Shown: in pieces, positions 17,101 to 26,898 of the stretch
Position numbering within the stretch: position 1 is the first letter of the stretch
Layout: the number at the start of each line of letters is the position of its first letter
DNA from: an uncultured Rhabdochlamydiaceae bacterium
Lineage (GTDB): Bacteria > Chlamydiota > Chlamydiia > Chlamydiales > Rhabdochlamydiaceae
Length of the DNA: 64,000 nucleotides
Assembly (NCBI GenBank): GCA_963712275.1
Contig: CAVQHD010000001.1
Location: forward strand, 960,001-1,024,000
Reading direction: 5' to 3'
Position numbers and translations under genes: made by a program
Notes under the pieces: generated by a model
The model's database searches: none
What the model was told of the DNA's origin: nothing
Seen by the model: only the letters and a program-made list of their open reading frames with translations

Positions 17101-19696
17101 GTGCCCTTAAAGCAGGAATATTTTGAGCTAAGTAGCGATCAAAAGGAGGCAGCTCTTCCAAACCATCTGTACATTCATTCAGGCACCGGAAACTGAGCTT
17201 GAGTGTTTCTTCGGGTTGCTGTCGAAGAGGAGGCTCATAAAGGGCTTCGAAGAAAAAGGGGATCGTCTTTGGATTAGACTGAAACAAGATCCCGCATAAA
17301 AAAGTTAAGGTGAGGTGATAGGCAGGATTCTCTCGATATTTTAGAATAAATTCTTTTTGCTGCTCAGGAAGCTGCCTTGCGATGGTGTGAGCAATGAGAA
17401 ATTCTTGAAAGCTGAGATGGAGAAACGCGTAGGAGGAACCTTCCGCTGATTCTTTGAGAAGCCCTGTCGTTAGAAGGTCCTCTCTTGTGTAGGGTGTGTC
17501 TTTCAAAGCTGCTTCGATCGTTTGTCTGGGGATCAGAAGCTCATGGGTGAGAAGCCCTTGGTGGGCAATTTTCCCAAGGAGCAAGAGAATTTCTTGTGGG
17601 TCAGAAAGCTTAAGTTTTTTTGCGTTCCAATGGAGCAGCTGGTCGGTCATCTGCTTGTAGAGGCCTGTTAAGTGAGAGGCAAAGCCCTCTTTCTTTTGTT
17701 CCCAAAGAGAGCAGAGCATCTGGAGCTGGAGGGGAATATGGGCGAGTTCAAAAAGGCTTTTATTTCCTCGGAGCATTTGCAGGAAAGGACGAGGATCTTT
17801 TTTTGTCTTGCCGCGAGAGAAAAAAAGAGCGGCATAGGTTTCAATTTGATCGTCTGAAAATCCAATGTTTTCAACCCGTAGATCGAGGTAAGGATGGAGG
17901 GGCTCTGTTGTTCCAGGACGGGAGGTTAAAAGGATGTTGAGATCTTTTTCGTGAAGGAGCTTAGCAACCACTTCTTTGAGGTGAGGCGCTGTTTCATCAT
18001 ACCCATCGAGGAGGATTAAGCTTCTTTGTCGATTTTGCTGGATCAGGCTCAAAATTTGTTTGATCTCTACTTCACCTTTAAAAATCAATTGAGAGAGCGC
18101 TTCTGCAAGAAAGAGGTCGAGGTTATCTGTAGGCAACTCTTTTGAGTTTAGCTCTCTTAAAGGGAGCCAGTAAATGACGTCAAATAGATCATTCCAAAGT
18201 CGTCCTGAGGCCCAGTCGTGAGCAATCTTTTGGCAGAGGGTGCTCTTGCCGATGCCTGCGCGTCCGATAAGTAGGGTCTTTGCAGGTTTTTTTCCTTGAA
18301 TGGGGTCAAAGAGCTCTTCTAATTTTAAGAAGCGTGCTCCAGAGCCCAGATGAATCCAGCTGTCGATGGAAGAGTCTGTCTCAAACTGGTCTGGGCGAGT
18401 GCGAGTCTGGAGGCTGCCAAAAGGGGAATCTGTCTCTTCTTCTTTTTCTTCTTTGACAATACGGAGGTTTGTAAAAAGCTCTCGAATTGGAAACCGTTCA
18501 TCGGCCATCGGAAGCGTCAGCTCGCCCCATTTGTCGATATAATGGACGCGGATAAGCAGATCAGGATGGGATTCTTTAAATCGCCTTAGGTCATTCAAAT
18601 AGATCCCCTGCTGCTGTTTCATCCACGTTTGCATCTGGGTTCCTAGGACTTCAGTGACTCCTTCAGGGATGAGCTCTGTTTCGCTCCTGTTAAAAGCTCC
18701 TTCGCGATAAAAGAGAAAGTGGAGAATCTCTTTTAAATGAAGGTAGCGGGTGCAGTTAAAAAGGGTTGCTAAGAACTCTTCTTGCTGGGAAGGAGTGAGC
18801 GCTGTCCAATGGATGAGAGTTTCTTGGTTTTGAGTGGAGGTTTGAAGATCTCGCAGGTCGTTTAGGTGCCGGTCAGGGTGTCCGAGATTTTGCTGAGTAT
18901 TGATGACCCAATTCATCGAGACCCTTTCTTCAGGATCTTTGATAAATTTAAATGCCTCTCCAGGGTCTATTTTGACAGCTTGAGCTGCTTGAATTCCTTG
19001 AACATCCTCAACCCAAATAAAGCCGGCGTTTCCTCCTGTTCCTCCTAAGACGTCTGGATCTGCAACCCATCGACCTACGCCGATTAAACTCATCGTTCCT
19101 TTCAAAGGAACGGATTTGCCTTCAGGGGTGAGAAGGGTTTCGGGGGGACGGTGGTACTTTTTGATGTACGCCATAAAAGCGATGGGATGACCTTCATCGC
19201 TGGTTTGGGCTTTTTCAAAGTCGTGATACCCTTCCATATAACGAGCCATGATTCTCAAAGAGTCTTGGATGCCTTGGCTGACCCATGCCACTGCAAGTCC
19301 ATGGGTGAGGGTAAATTGATCCATGATGGGTTGTTTAGATAAGCGGGTTTTAGGGACGAGAAAAAAACCTCGGCCGAGTTCTTGATAGAGATCGTAGGCG
19401 AGTTTTTCTCGGATGGTGTCGGAGTTGATTTCTTTCTTGGTACGAGTTCGAACGGTGGCTAGGTCATTACGGAAAAAGCCCGTCGGCAGGCCGACTTTTC
19501 CGATCCATTTATGCTGGGATTTCTCAAAGATGGTTCCAAGGGCTGTTCCACCGACTTTTTCTGCTACCGCTGCGAAGTGAAGCTCTCGACTGTTTTTCCC
19601 TGTATAGATACAGAAGATTTGGGGTTGGTAGGTTTTGATGCCCAAGATGGTGATGGGCTCTAGGTTCACAAAAAAGGATTTGGGGGTGATCGCCAT
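14150..19696 (-). CDS. NLR-like protein: atypical (PI3/PI4K-like) kinase + NACHT NTPase + 26 ankyrin repeats + C-terminal CaaX
   Basis: Kinase-like motifs KVGGT, WIGK, REKLAYDLY, DPDVLGGTGGNAG, VKIDPG; NACHT Walker A GRAGIGKST, Walker B LILLDGYDE, LLTSRP, IPLQLQMLC, FLHLSFQEF; TPLHxAA repeats; ends CTLS. ATG 19696 is preceded by GGAGGA. Confidence 0.88.
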   Translation of the reverse strand: MAITPKSFFVNLEPITILGIKTYQPQIFCIYTGKNSRELHFAAVAEKVGGTALGTIFEKSQHKWIGKVGLPTGFFRNDLATVRTRTKKEINSDTIREKLAYDLYQELGRGFFLVPKTRLSKQPIMDQFTLTHGLAVAWVSQGIQDSLRIMARYMEGYHDFEKAQTSDEGHPIAFMAYIKKYHRPPETLLTPEGKSVPLKGTMSLIGVGRWVADPDVLGGTGGNAGFIWVEDVQGIQAAQAVKIDPGEAFKFIKDPEERVSMNWVINTQQNLGHPDRHLNDLRDLQTSTQNQETLIHWTALTPSQQEEFLATLFNCTRYLHLKEILHFLFYREGAFNRSETELIPEGVTEVLGTQMQTWMKQQQGIYLNDLRRFKESHPDLLIRVHYIDKWGELTLPMADERFPIRELFTNLRIVKEEKEEETDSPFGSLQTRTRPDQFETDSSIDSWIHLGSGARFLKLEELFDPIQGKKPAKTLLIGRAGIGKSTLCQKIAHDWASGRLWNDLFDVIYWLPLRELNSKELPTDNLDLFLAEALSQLIFKGEVEIKQILSLIQQNRQRSLILLDGYDETAPHLKEVVAKLLHEKDLNILLTSRPGTTEPLHPYLDLRVENIGFSDDQIETYAALFFSRGKTKKDPRPFLQMLRGNKSLFELAHIPLQLQMLCSLWEQKKEGFASHLTGLYKQMTDQLLHWNAKKLKLSDPQEILLLLGKIAHQGLLTHELLIPRQTIEAALKDTPYTREDLLTTGLLKESAEGSSYAFLHLSFQEFLIAHTIARQLPEQQKEFILKYRENPAYHLTLTFLCGILFQSNPKTIPFFFEALYEPPLRQQPEETLKLSFRCLNECTDGLEELPPFDRYLAQNIPALRALVEDTDFYKQTHALKYLYAKNPSLMLQADKRGFFPFFWTCFVGNLELAKWLHEKDPSLLGKFSKDGWTPLHAAAEEGHVPMAQWLCSQDPSLLGKFMQDGLTPLHAAALKGHVPMAQWLCSQDPSLLGKFRQDGWTPLHSAALKGHVPMAQWLCSQDPSLLGKFKQDGWTPLHAAAQKGHVPMAQWLCSQDPSLLGKFMQDGWTPLYAAAQKGHVPMAQWLCSQDPSLLGKFRQDGVTPLHAAAQEGHVPMAQWLCSQDPSLLGKFKQDGWTPLHAAALKGHVPMAQWLCSQDPSLLGKFKQDGWTPLHAAAQEGHVPMAQWLCSQDPSLLGKFRQGGWTPLHSAAQEGHVPMAQWLCSQDPSLLGKFRQDGWTPLHAAAAGGHLPMAQWLCSQDPSLLGKFKQDGFTPLHSAALKGHVPMAQWLCSQDPSLLGKFKQDGVTPLHAAAQEGHVPMAQWLCSQDPSLLGKFMQDGWTPLHSAALKGHVPMAQWLCSQDPSLLGKFRQDGWTPLHAAAQKGHVPMAQWLCSQDPSLLGKFRQDGWTPLHVAALKGHVPMAQWLCSQDPSLLGKFMQDGWTPLYAAAQKGHVPMAQWLCSQDPSLLGKFRQGGWTPLHSAAQEGHVPMAQWLCSQDPSLLGKFMQDGQTPLHSAAQEGHVPMAQWLCSQDPSLLGKFRQGGWTPLHSAAQEGHVPMAQWLCSQDPSLLGKFMQDGQTPLHSAAQEGHVPMAQWLCSQDPSLLGKFRQDGFTPLHVAALKGHLPMAQWLCSQDPSLLGKFRQDGVTPLHSAAQEGHVPMAQWLCSQDPSLLGKFMQDGQTPLHSAAQEGHVPMAQWLCSQDPSLLGKFRQDGVTPLHAAAQEGHVPMAQWLCSQDPSLLGKFKQDGATPLHSAAQEGHVPMAQWLCSQDPSLLGKFRQDGWTPLHAAAAGGHLPMAQWLCSQDPHQPFVRVNKEPPFMVATRYRQNEVANWLRENFPKGTKDSCTLS
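14282..16906 (-). repeat. Tandem 102-bp (34-aa) ankyrin repeat array, 25 full + 1 partial units
   Basis: 2625 bp = 25x102 + 75; unit GxTPLHxAAxxGHVPMAQWLCSQDPSLLGKFxQD. Confidence 0.95.
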
Positions 19697-19742
19697 ACTC
19701 AATTTCCTCCTAATTCAATTGGGCCTGCACTGAAATAAGAAA

Positions 19743-19809
19743 ATTTTGATCTAAGGATAGAAAAGAGTCAACAAAGAATTTGCAGTGAAAATTAAACTTG
19801 GGCTAAAAT
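19743..19809. promoter_or_regulatory. Putative divergent sigma66-type promoters
   Basis: Minus strand TTGACT-N17-CAAAAT (19771-19743); plus strand TTGCAG-N18-TAAAAT (19780-19809); both retained in copy 2. Confidence 0.5.
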
Positions 19810-19840
19810 GACTCCTTCCAAATTAAAAAGGAGACTGACA

Positions 19841-20899
19841 ATGGCAACTCTTTCAAACCTGCTTAGCGTGGTGACAAGTGCAGCGACAATAGGACTGACA
19901 TACTTTAATTTAAGAAGACTCTATGGAAAATGGAGTCAATTGCAAGACGATCCGCAGGCTTCAACTGCGGAAAAAACACAGGTGATTGTTGACTCTGCGA
20001 TGAATGCCACCGCGCTTGTCGGCAATGTCGCCTCTTTGGTGAGCATAGGCTATGAAATCGGCTATCAGGCTCGCAAAGCAGAAATGGATCAAATCCAAAA
20101 AGAGTGGATTGCTGAGTGTAAAGAAACGTCAAGGAATGGAGTGTACTGCGATCATAATTGGGGTGGAGCTCAAAAGGCCTATTTAGGAATTGAAAAAAAT
20201 CTGCTCAATTATCAGCGGGCAAATTTCGTGTTGACATGTTCAAATACCGTTTTATTAGCTTCACAGGTTGGAACCCATCTCATGAATCATGGGGTTAATG
20301 AAGAACGCATCGTTTTAACCAAGATCCTATTACGCGGAGGTTCTGTGGTTTATGCGAGTCATCTACGAGCAAATTGCGGTCGGAGCATTGAAACGGATAA
20401 AAAGAACAATCTCTCTGTGCAGCTTATTAATTTGACAATGACCGGAGTCGATTTAAAGGATGAATATGATCTGTTCTTAAAAGAGCTGGAACACGTCCCC
20501 ATGACCATCGATCGTAAGGTGTATACTCCATATCAGCTACCTGCTTCTCCTAATGATGAAAGCTTAAAATATTCTTTAATTCCTGATGGGTTTCATGATG
20601 AAAGGTTTTTTGAGCGTAATATTTGCAGATTTTCACAAGCGCCGATTGCTCAGCCTCTTTTTGTCATCGTCGATAAAAATTTCCCTCGTATATATGAGAA
20701 ACAGCAGTTAGTGAAATACATGTTTATGAGAAAAGAAGAGGGACGACCCTATCGAATTCCTGAAACAAATCAGATTTTTACTGAAAATCAAGTTTATGAA
20801 TGCCTCGCTTTAACAGTGCAATTTAAGGATGTATTAATCCAACTGCAGCAAGAGCAATTGGAAAGATTGAGTGCCCAATTGCAAGCTGTGAGAGTATGA
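19841..20899 (+). CDS. Hypothetical effector with N-terminal hydrophobic segments and a C-terminal U-box-like domain
   Basis: AAGGAG RBS, then MATLSN; C-terminal IPDGF...ICRFSQAPIAQP...YEKQQL...PETNQ..ECLAL resembles the U-box consensus. Confidence 0.6.
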   Translation: MATLSNLLSVVTSAATIGLTYFNLRRLYGKWSQLQDDPQASTAEKTQVIVDSAMNATALVGNVASLVSIGYEIGYQARKAEMDQIQKEWIAECKETSRNGVYCDHNWGGAQKAYLGIEKNLLNYQRANFVLTCSNTVLLASQVGTHLMNHGVNEERIVLTKILLRGGSVVYASHLRANCGRSIETDKKNNLSVQLINLTMTGVDLKDEYDLFLKELEHVPMTIDRKVYTPYQLPASPNDESLKYSLIPDGFHDERFFERNICRFSQAPIAQPLFVIVDKNFPRIYEKQQLVKYMFMRKEEGRPYRIPETNQIFTENQVYECLALTVQFKDVLIQLQQEQLERLSAQLQAVRV

Positions 20900-21555
20900 G
20901 TATGACCATTGACAGCCTCCGCAATCCATTCATTGGTTATTTGGTTGCAAAGGGGATTCAAATCACGATGGAAGAGTTATTCCCTCCATTAAGAGAGCCC
21001 GAACGATGGGAAATGAAACATGGCCGGACTTATGTCCCAGGCCTGGCTCGTCCGCCTTACGGTGTTAAACTGCCCAGTCGCTATGAATCTTGCCCGGGGC
21101 TTTATTGCGAGAAGCGAAAAAAAATCCGCCTATGGTATGATCTGACTTTTAAGTGGAAGACTAGATCGGAGTTTTACGTCATTCTTGGAAGCACGTTTCC
21201 TATTTCGACATTTTTAATTATTTATCATCGGCAAGACCCAGCTTTTTTAAAAGATCCTTTAATCATGAAGATGCTCTTTTATACCATAATAACGTTAGGC
21301 ATCCACATGCTTCAACGGGGGGCTTATCTTCTAACGAAAAGTTGTATCTGTCCTTTTCTGCCGGTCGTCATTCAAAATATTGTCAACAGAGTTCTAAAAG
21401 TTGTAGAGCCTGCAAAAGTCATTTTTGAAGGGGAGCTGGAAAAAAGCGATGGAGAGCCGGTTATTGATTTCTACATTGAACCTGAAGGCGAGCTTAGCTT
21501 TGGATACCATTGGGAAGACAGAACGCGGCATCCTGATTGGGAACCCGCATGGTAA
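20896..21555 (+). CDS. Hypothetical membrane protein (219 aa), copy 1
   Basis: ATGA overlap with the upstream gene; two hydrophobic segments; intact paralog at 26953-27612. Confidence 0.75.
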   Translation: MSMTIDSLRNPFIGYLVAKGIQITMEELFPPLREPERWEMKHGRTYVPGLARPPYGVKLPSRYESCPGLYCEKRKKIRLWYDLTFKWKTRSEFYVILGSTFPISTFLIIYHRQDPAFLKDPLIMKMLFYTIITLGIHMLQRGAYLLTKSCICPFLPVVIQNIVNRVLKVVEPAKVIFEGELEKSDGEPVIDFYIEPEGELSFGYHWEDRTRHPDWEPAW

Positions 21556-21572
21556 TTTTTTGATTACCACAG

Positions 21573-21676
21573 AATCGATGAAAATCTCCAACCCTACTCG
21601 CCGGGGCATCATGCGATTTTTTGTGACGCATCCCCCTCTTGAGGTCAGAATTGAGAAGCTGAAACAGCTCGGATAA
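21573..21676 (+). pseudogene. htpX: Duplicated 3' end of htpX (104 bp)
   Basis: Encodes SMKISNPTRRGIMRFFVTHPPLEVRIEKLKQLG*, matching 14014-14117 with a few substitutions. Confidence 0.9.
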
Positions 21677-21848
21677 CACTCCTCGTTTGTAGTATACCTC
21701 AATTCTATTCTTAGGACAAAGAGCAGGAGCCTTGACTGCCTTCTGGAAAATGCTCTCGCAGCCAATTTGCTATTTCAAAGCGATCGTTTTTCGTGGCTGT
21801 CATGAAGGGAGTTTCTCTTGACCAACTTAACCTTGCAAGAGGTTGATG

Positions 21849-22640
21849 AGGGTCCTGAGAGCAGAGCCACTGAGCCATCAGCAGATGGCCTCCTGCAGCA
21901 GCAGAATGAAGAGGAGTCTGGCCGTTCTGCCTAAACTTCCCCAGGAGAGAAGGATCTTGAGAGCAGAGCCACTGAGCCATCGGCACATGGCCTTCTGCAG
22001 CAGCAGAATGAAGAGGAGTCCAGCCGTCCTTACTAAACTTCCCAAGGAGAGAAGGATCTTGGGAGCAGAGCCACTGAGCCATCGGCACATGGCCTCCATA
22101 AGCAGCAGAATGAAGAGGGGTCCCGCCGTCCTGCATAAACTTCCCGAGGAGAGAGGGGTCTTGAGAGCAGAGCCACTGAGCCATCGGCACATGGCCTCCT
22201 TCAGCAGCAGCAGAATGAAGAGGAGTCCAGCCGTCCTTACTAAACTTCCCAAGGAGAGAAGGATCTTGGGAGCAGAGCCACTGAGCCATCGGCACATGGC
22301 CTCCATAAGCAGCAGAATGAAGAGGGGTCCCGCCGTCCTGCATAAACTTCCCGAGGAGAGAGGGGTCTTGAGAGCAGAGCCACTGAGCCATCGGCACATG
22401 GCCTCCTTCAGCAGCAGCATGAAGAGGAGTCCAGCCGTCCTGCATAAACTTCCCCAGGAGAGAAGGATCTTGAGAGCAGAGCCACTGCGCCATCGGCACA
22501 TGGCCTTTTTCAGCAGCAACATGAAGAGGAGTCACGCCGTCCTGCCTAAACTTCCCGAGGAGAGAAGGATCTTGAGAGCAGAGCCACTGCGCCATCGGCA
22601 CATGGCCTTCTAGAGCAGCAGAATGAAGAGGAGTCCAGCC
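21849..22640 (-). repeat. Ankyrin repeat array of paralog 2 (8 units, one with an extra Ala codon)
   Basis: 792 bp = 7x102 + 3 + 75; same framework as array 1. Confidence 0.92.
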
Positions 22641-23288
22641 GTCCTTATTAAACTTCCCCAGGAGAGAAGGGTCTTTTTCATGAAGCCACTTTGCTAATTC
22701 AAGATTTCCTACAAAACATGTCCAAAAAAAGGGAAAGAACCCGCGTTTATCTGCCTGGAGCATGAGGCTTGGGTTTTTGGTATAAAGATATTTCAGCGCA
22801 TGGGTTTGTTTGTAAAAATCAGTATCTTCAACAAGGATCTCTAAAGCAGGAATGTTTTGAGCTAAGTAGCGATTGAAGGGCGGTAGCTCTTCTAACCCAT
22901 CTGTGCATTCATTTAGGCACCGGAAACTAAGCTTGAGTATTTCTTTGGGTCGTTGTCGAAGAGGAGGCTCATAAAGGGCTTCAAAGAAAAAGGGGATCGA
23001 CTTCGGATTAGATTGAAACAAGATTCCGCATAAAAAGGTTAAGGTGAGGTGATAGGAAGGGTTATTCCGGTATTTTAGAATAAACTTTTTTTGCTGCTCA
23101 GGAGATTGGCTTGCGATGGTATGAGCAATGAGATATTCTTGGAAGCTGAGATGGAGAAACGCATAGGAGGAACCTTCCGCTGATTCTTTGAGAAGACCTG
23201 TCGCTAGAAGGTCTTCTTTTGTGTAGGGTGTGCCTTTCAAAGCTGCTTCGATCATTTGTTTGGGGATCAGAAGCTCATGGGTGAGAAG

Positions 23289-24603
23289 CAGGGCCTTCTG
23301 ATGAAAAAGTTTTGACAGATTACCTCACAAATATCTTGCCTAAAATTCCTCTGAGATATTTCGGCTCATAAGTGCAACATTTTCGAGCAGTAGAGAATCC
23401 TCGGTCGGGGTCTATTGCTTTGATTATATTCATAGAAAGACGCCTAAAAAAAGCCATGTTTTCAGCTATGAACCCAGCTTTTGCTTGAGCATCGTCTTCC
23501 TTGAAGATTACATCCAAGACCCAATGCAAAGGATTTTCAATTGACCAATGACCTCGGGTCCATCCTGCAAATTCCTTTGCGGTGCCTTTTCGGCTTGAGA
23601 AGTAATATCGGATTTCGGAAGTCTTTTTACTATTTATCTCCCTTTCAGAGACTACTTCAACGATGGCCTTTAAGGCAGGCCAGGTTGCCGTTTGCGGCAA
23701 CCAGTCCAATACTGTACATACGCATATCGATCGTTGTTCGATTCTACCGTGACCTTTTTCTGGAGAAGGAAGATACCTTTCCACTTCGACTTCTTCATAT
23801 TCGGCTTCTCGAGCCTGATCGAAAAAATTCTGTGCTTCAGCATGGAAATTCCCCTGGTTTCCCTTGAGTCCAATCAGATAATCAGCTCCATGATTTAAAA
23901 ACTTTTGTGCACTTGCAACATGAGCAAAAAGGGCATCTGTCGAGATCAGGGCGCCATTTACATCTACGTCTTTCAACAAAGCATCAATTACTCTTGGCTC
24001 TGACGACTTATCTGGCACTTTTTCCTGGGCCAGTACAAGCCTTTGTTCGGCTGCAAATAACTCGACAAGGTGAACGAGACTGTCTGTCGTAGAGACCCCC
24101 TTCAGACGTTTGCCGTCGATGACAAGTAGTTGGTCTTGTAATTGCTGAGGAATGTTCGCAAACCACTTTTTTAGCAATTGCTTAAAAACCCCTGGGGATA
24201 ACCTTGCAAGAAGCCACCAGAGTGTATCATAGGAGGGCGCTGGGAAAGTCCGATTGACTGACTTGTTGATCCATTCAATATTGAGCTCGGCATAGACGGC
24301 AAGATCGGCCACAGTATCAGCTCCACTGAGATATCCGCTAAGAATGACCAACATCAAAAACCAAAACGGGTATTGGATCTTGGAAAGCTGCCTTGGGTCA
24401 TCCGTATCTGGGAAAGCTCCTTGGACGGAGCCTGCAAATTGTTCTATATCAATGTCTTGTTTTAGTTCAGAAAATCGTGGGTCTCTGGTTTTTCGACTGG
24501 GCATATTCACTCTCCTATATCGGAGAGATGAAAACAAAAGACTTTGATTTATAGCCAAGAAAATTTTACGCGACTGTCAAAACTTTTTCATCAGAAGGCC
24601 CTG
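23289..24603 (-). mobile_element. ISAs1-family insertion sequence
   Basis: Perfect 30-bp terminal inverted repeats CAGGGCCTTCTGATGAAAAAGTTTTGACAG; 9-bp target duplication GGTGAGAAG (23280-23288, 24604-24612). Confidence 0.93.
23320..24504 (-). CDS. ISAs1-family transposase
   Basis: DPRQ, IDGKRL, LKGNQG, KGHGRIE, RGHWSIENPLHWVLDVIFKED; ATG 24504 with AGGAG RBS. Confidence 0.93.
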   Translation of the reverse strand: MPSRKTRDPRFSELKQDIDIEQFAGSVQGAFPDTDDPRQLSKIQYPFWFLMLVILSGYLSGADTVADLAVYAELNIEWINKSVNRTFPAPSYDTLWWLLARLSPGVFKQLLKKWFANIPQQLQDQLLVIDGKRLKGVSTTDSLVHLVELFAAEQRLVLAQEKVPDKSSEPRVIDALLKDVDVNGALISTDALFAHVASAQKFLNHGADYLIGLKGNQGNFHAEAQNFFDQAREAEYEEVEVERYLPSPEKGHGRIEQRSICVCTVLDWLPQTATWPALKAIVEVVSEREINSKKTSEIRYYFSSRKGTAKEFAGWTRGHWSIENPLHWVLDVIFKEDDAQAKAGFIAENMAFFRRLSMNIIKAIDPDRGFSTARKCCTYEPKYLRGILGKIFVR

Positions 24604-26898
24604 GGTGAGAAGCCCTTGATGGGCAATCTTTCCTAAGAGCAGAAGAATCTCTTGTGGGTCAGAAAGCTTAAATTTCTTTGCATTCCAACGGAGCAGCTGG
24701 TCGGTCATCTGCTTGTAGAGGCCTGTTAAATGAGAGGCAAATCCTTCTTTCTTTTGTTCCCAAAGAGAGCAGAGCATCTGAAGCTGGAGAGGAATATGAG
24801 CGAGCTCAAAAAGGCTTTTATTTGCTCGAAGCATTTGCAGGAAAGGACGCGGGTCTTTTTTTGCCTTGCTACGAGAGAAAAAATGGGTGGCATAAGTTTC
24901 AATTTGATCGTCTGAAAATCCAATGTTTTCAACCCGTAGATCGAGGTAAGGATGAAGAGTCTCTGTTGTTCCAGGACGGGAGGTTAAGAGGATTTTGAGA
25001 TCTTTTTCCTGAAGGAGCTTAGCAACCACATCTTTAAGGTGAGGCGCTGTTTCATCATGCCCGTCGAGGAGGATTAAGCTTCTTTGTCGATTTTGCTGGA
25101 TGAAGTCCAAAATTTGTTTAATCTCTACTTCACCTTTAAAAATCAATTGAGAAAGGGCCTCTGCAAGAAAGAGATCAAGGTTATCTGTAGACAACTCTTT
25201 TGCATTTAACTCTCTTAAAGGGAGCCAGTAAATGACGTCAAATTGATCGTTCCAAAGCCGTCCGGAGGCCCAATCGTGGGCAATCTTTTGACAGAGAGTG
25301 CTCTTGCCGATGCCTGCGCGTCCGATGAGTAAGAGCTTTGCAGGTTTTTTCCCTTGAATGGGGTCAAAGAGCTCTTCCAATTTTAAGAAGCGTGTTCCAG
25401 AGCCAAGATGGATCCAGCTGTCGATGGAAGAGTCTGTTTCAAGCTGATCAGAACGAGCTTGGACTTCGAAGGTTCCAAGAGGAGAATCCATTTCCTCTTC
25501 TTTTTCTTCTTTCACAATGCGGAGGTTTGTAAAAAGCTCTCGAATGGGAAACCGTTCATCGGCCATTGGAAGCGTCAGCTCACCCCATTTGTCGATGTAA
25601 TGAACGCGGATGAGCTGATCAGGATGGGATTCTTTAAATTGTCTTAGGTCATCTAAATAGATCCCTTGCTGCTGTTTCATCCATGCTTGCATCTGGGTTT
25701 CTAGGGTCTCAGCAATTACTTCAGGAATGAGCTCTGTTTCGCTCCGGTTAAAAGCTCCTTCGCGATAAAAGAGAAAGTGAAGAACCTCTTTTGAATGAAG
25801 ATAGCGGATGCAATTAAAGAGGGTTGCTAAGAACTCTTCTTGCTGGGAAGGAGTGAGCGCTGTCCAATGGATGAGGGTTTCTTGGTTTTGAGTGGAGGTT
25901 TGAAGGTCTCGTAGATCGTTTAGGTGCCGGTCAGGGTGTCCAAGATTTTGCTGAGTATTGATGACCCAATTCATCGAGACCCTTTCTTCAGGGTCTTTGA
26001 TAAATTTAAACGACTCTCCTGGGTCTATTTTGACAGCTTGAGCCGCTTGAATTCCTTGAGCATCCTCAGCCCAAATAAAGCCGGCGTTTCCTCCGGTTCC
26101 TCCTAAGACGTCTGCATCTGCAAGACATCGACCTACGGCGATTAAGCTCATCATTCCCTTCAAAGGAACGGATTTGCCTTCAGGGGTGAGAAGGGTTTCA
26201 GGGGGACGGTGGTACTTTTTGATGTACGCCATAAAAGCGATGGGATGACCTTCATCGCTGGTTTGGGCTTTTGCAAAGTCGTGATACCCTTCCATATAAC
26301 GAGCCATGATTCTCAAAGAGTCTTGGATGCCTTGGCTGATCCATGCAACTGCAAGCCCATGGGTAAGGGTAAATTGATCCATGATGGACTGTTTAGATAA
26401 GCGGGTTTTAGGGACAAGAAAAAGACCTCGGCCGAGTTCTTGATAGAGATCGTAGGCGAGTTTTTCGCTGATGGTGTTGGAGTTGATTTCTTTCTTGGTG
26501 CGACTTCGAACGGTGGCTGGGTCATTGCGGAAAAAGCCGGTTGGCATGCCTACTTTTCCGATCCATTTATGCTGGGATTTTTCAAAAATAGTTCCAAGGG
26601 CTGTTCCACCGACCTTTTCTGCTACAGCCACGAAATGAAGCTCTCGATCATTTTTTCCTGTATAGATGCGGAAGATTTGTGGTTGGTAGGTTTTGATGCC
26701 CAAGATGGTGATGGGCTCTAGGTTCACAAAAAAGGGTTTAGGGGTGATCGCCATACTCAATTTCCTCCTAATTCAATTGGTCTTGCACTGAAATAAGAAA
26801 ATTTTGATCTAAGGTTAGAAAAGAGTCAACAAAGAATTTGCAGTAAAAATTAAACTTGGACTAAAATCATTCTTTCCAAATTAAAAAGGAGGCTGACA

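Larger units (their letters stand above)
14014..21561. repeat. Copy 1 of tandemly duplicated cassette (htpX 3' end - NLR - U-box gene - membrane protein gene)
   Basis: Collinear similarity to 21573-27618. Confidence 0.9.
21711..26754 (-). pseudogene. Second kinase-NACHT-ankyrin(8x)-CaaX paralog, split by ISAs1 (5' part 24604-26754, 3' part 21711-23288)
   Basis: Removing the IS and one 9-bp duplication restores IAHQGLLTHELLIP in frame, as in copy 1; ends CSLS. Confidence 0.88.

Noticed and set aside
21425..21676. 83-aa HtpX-like ORF
   Set aside because: Chance read-through into the duplicated htpX tail; no HExxH motif
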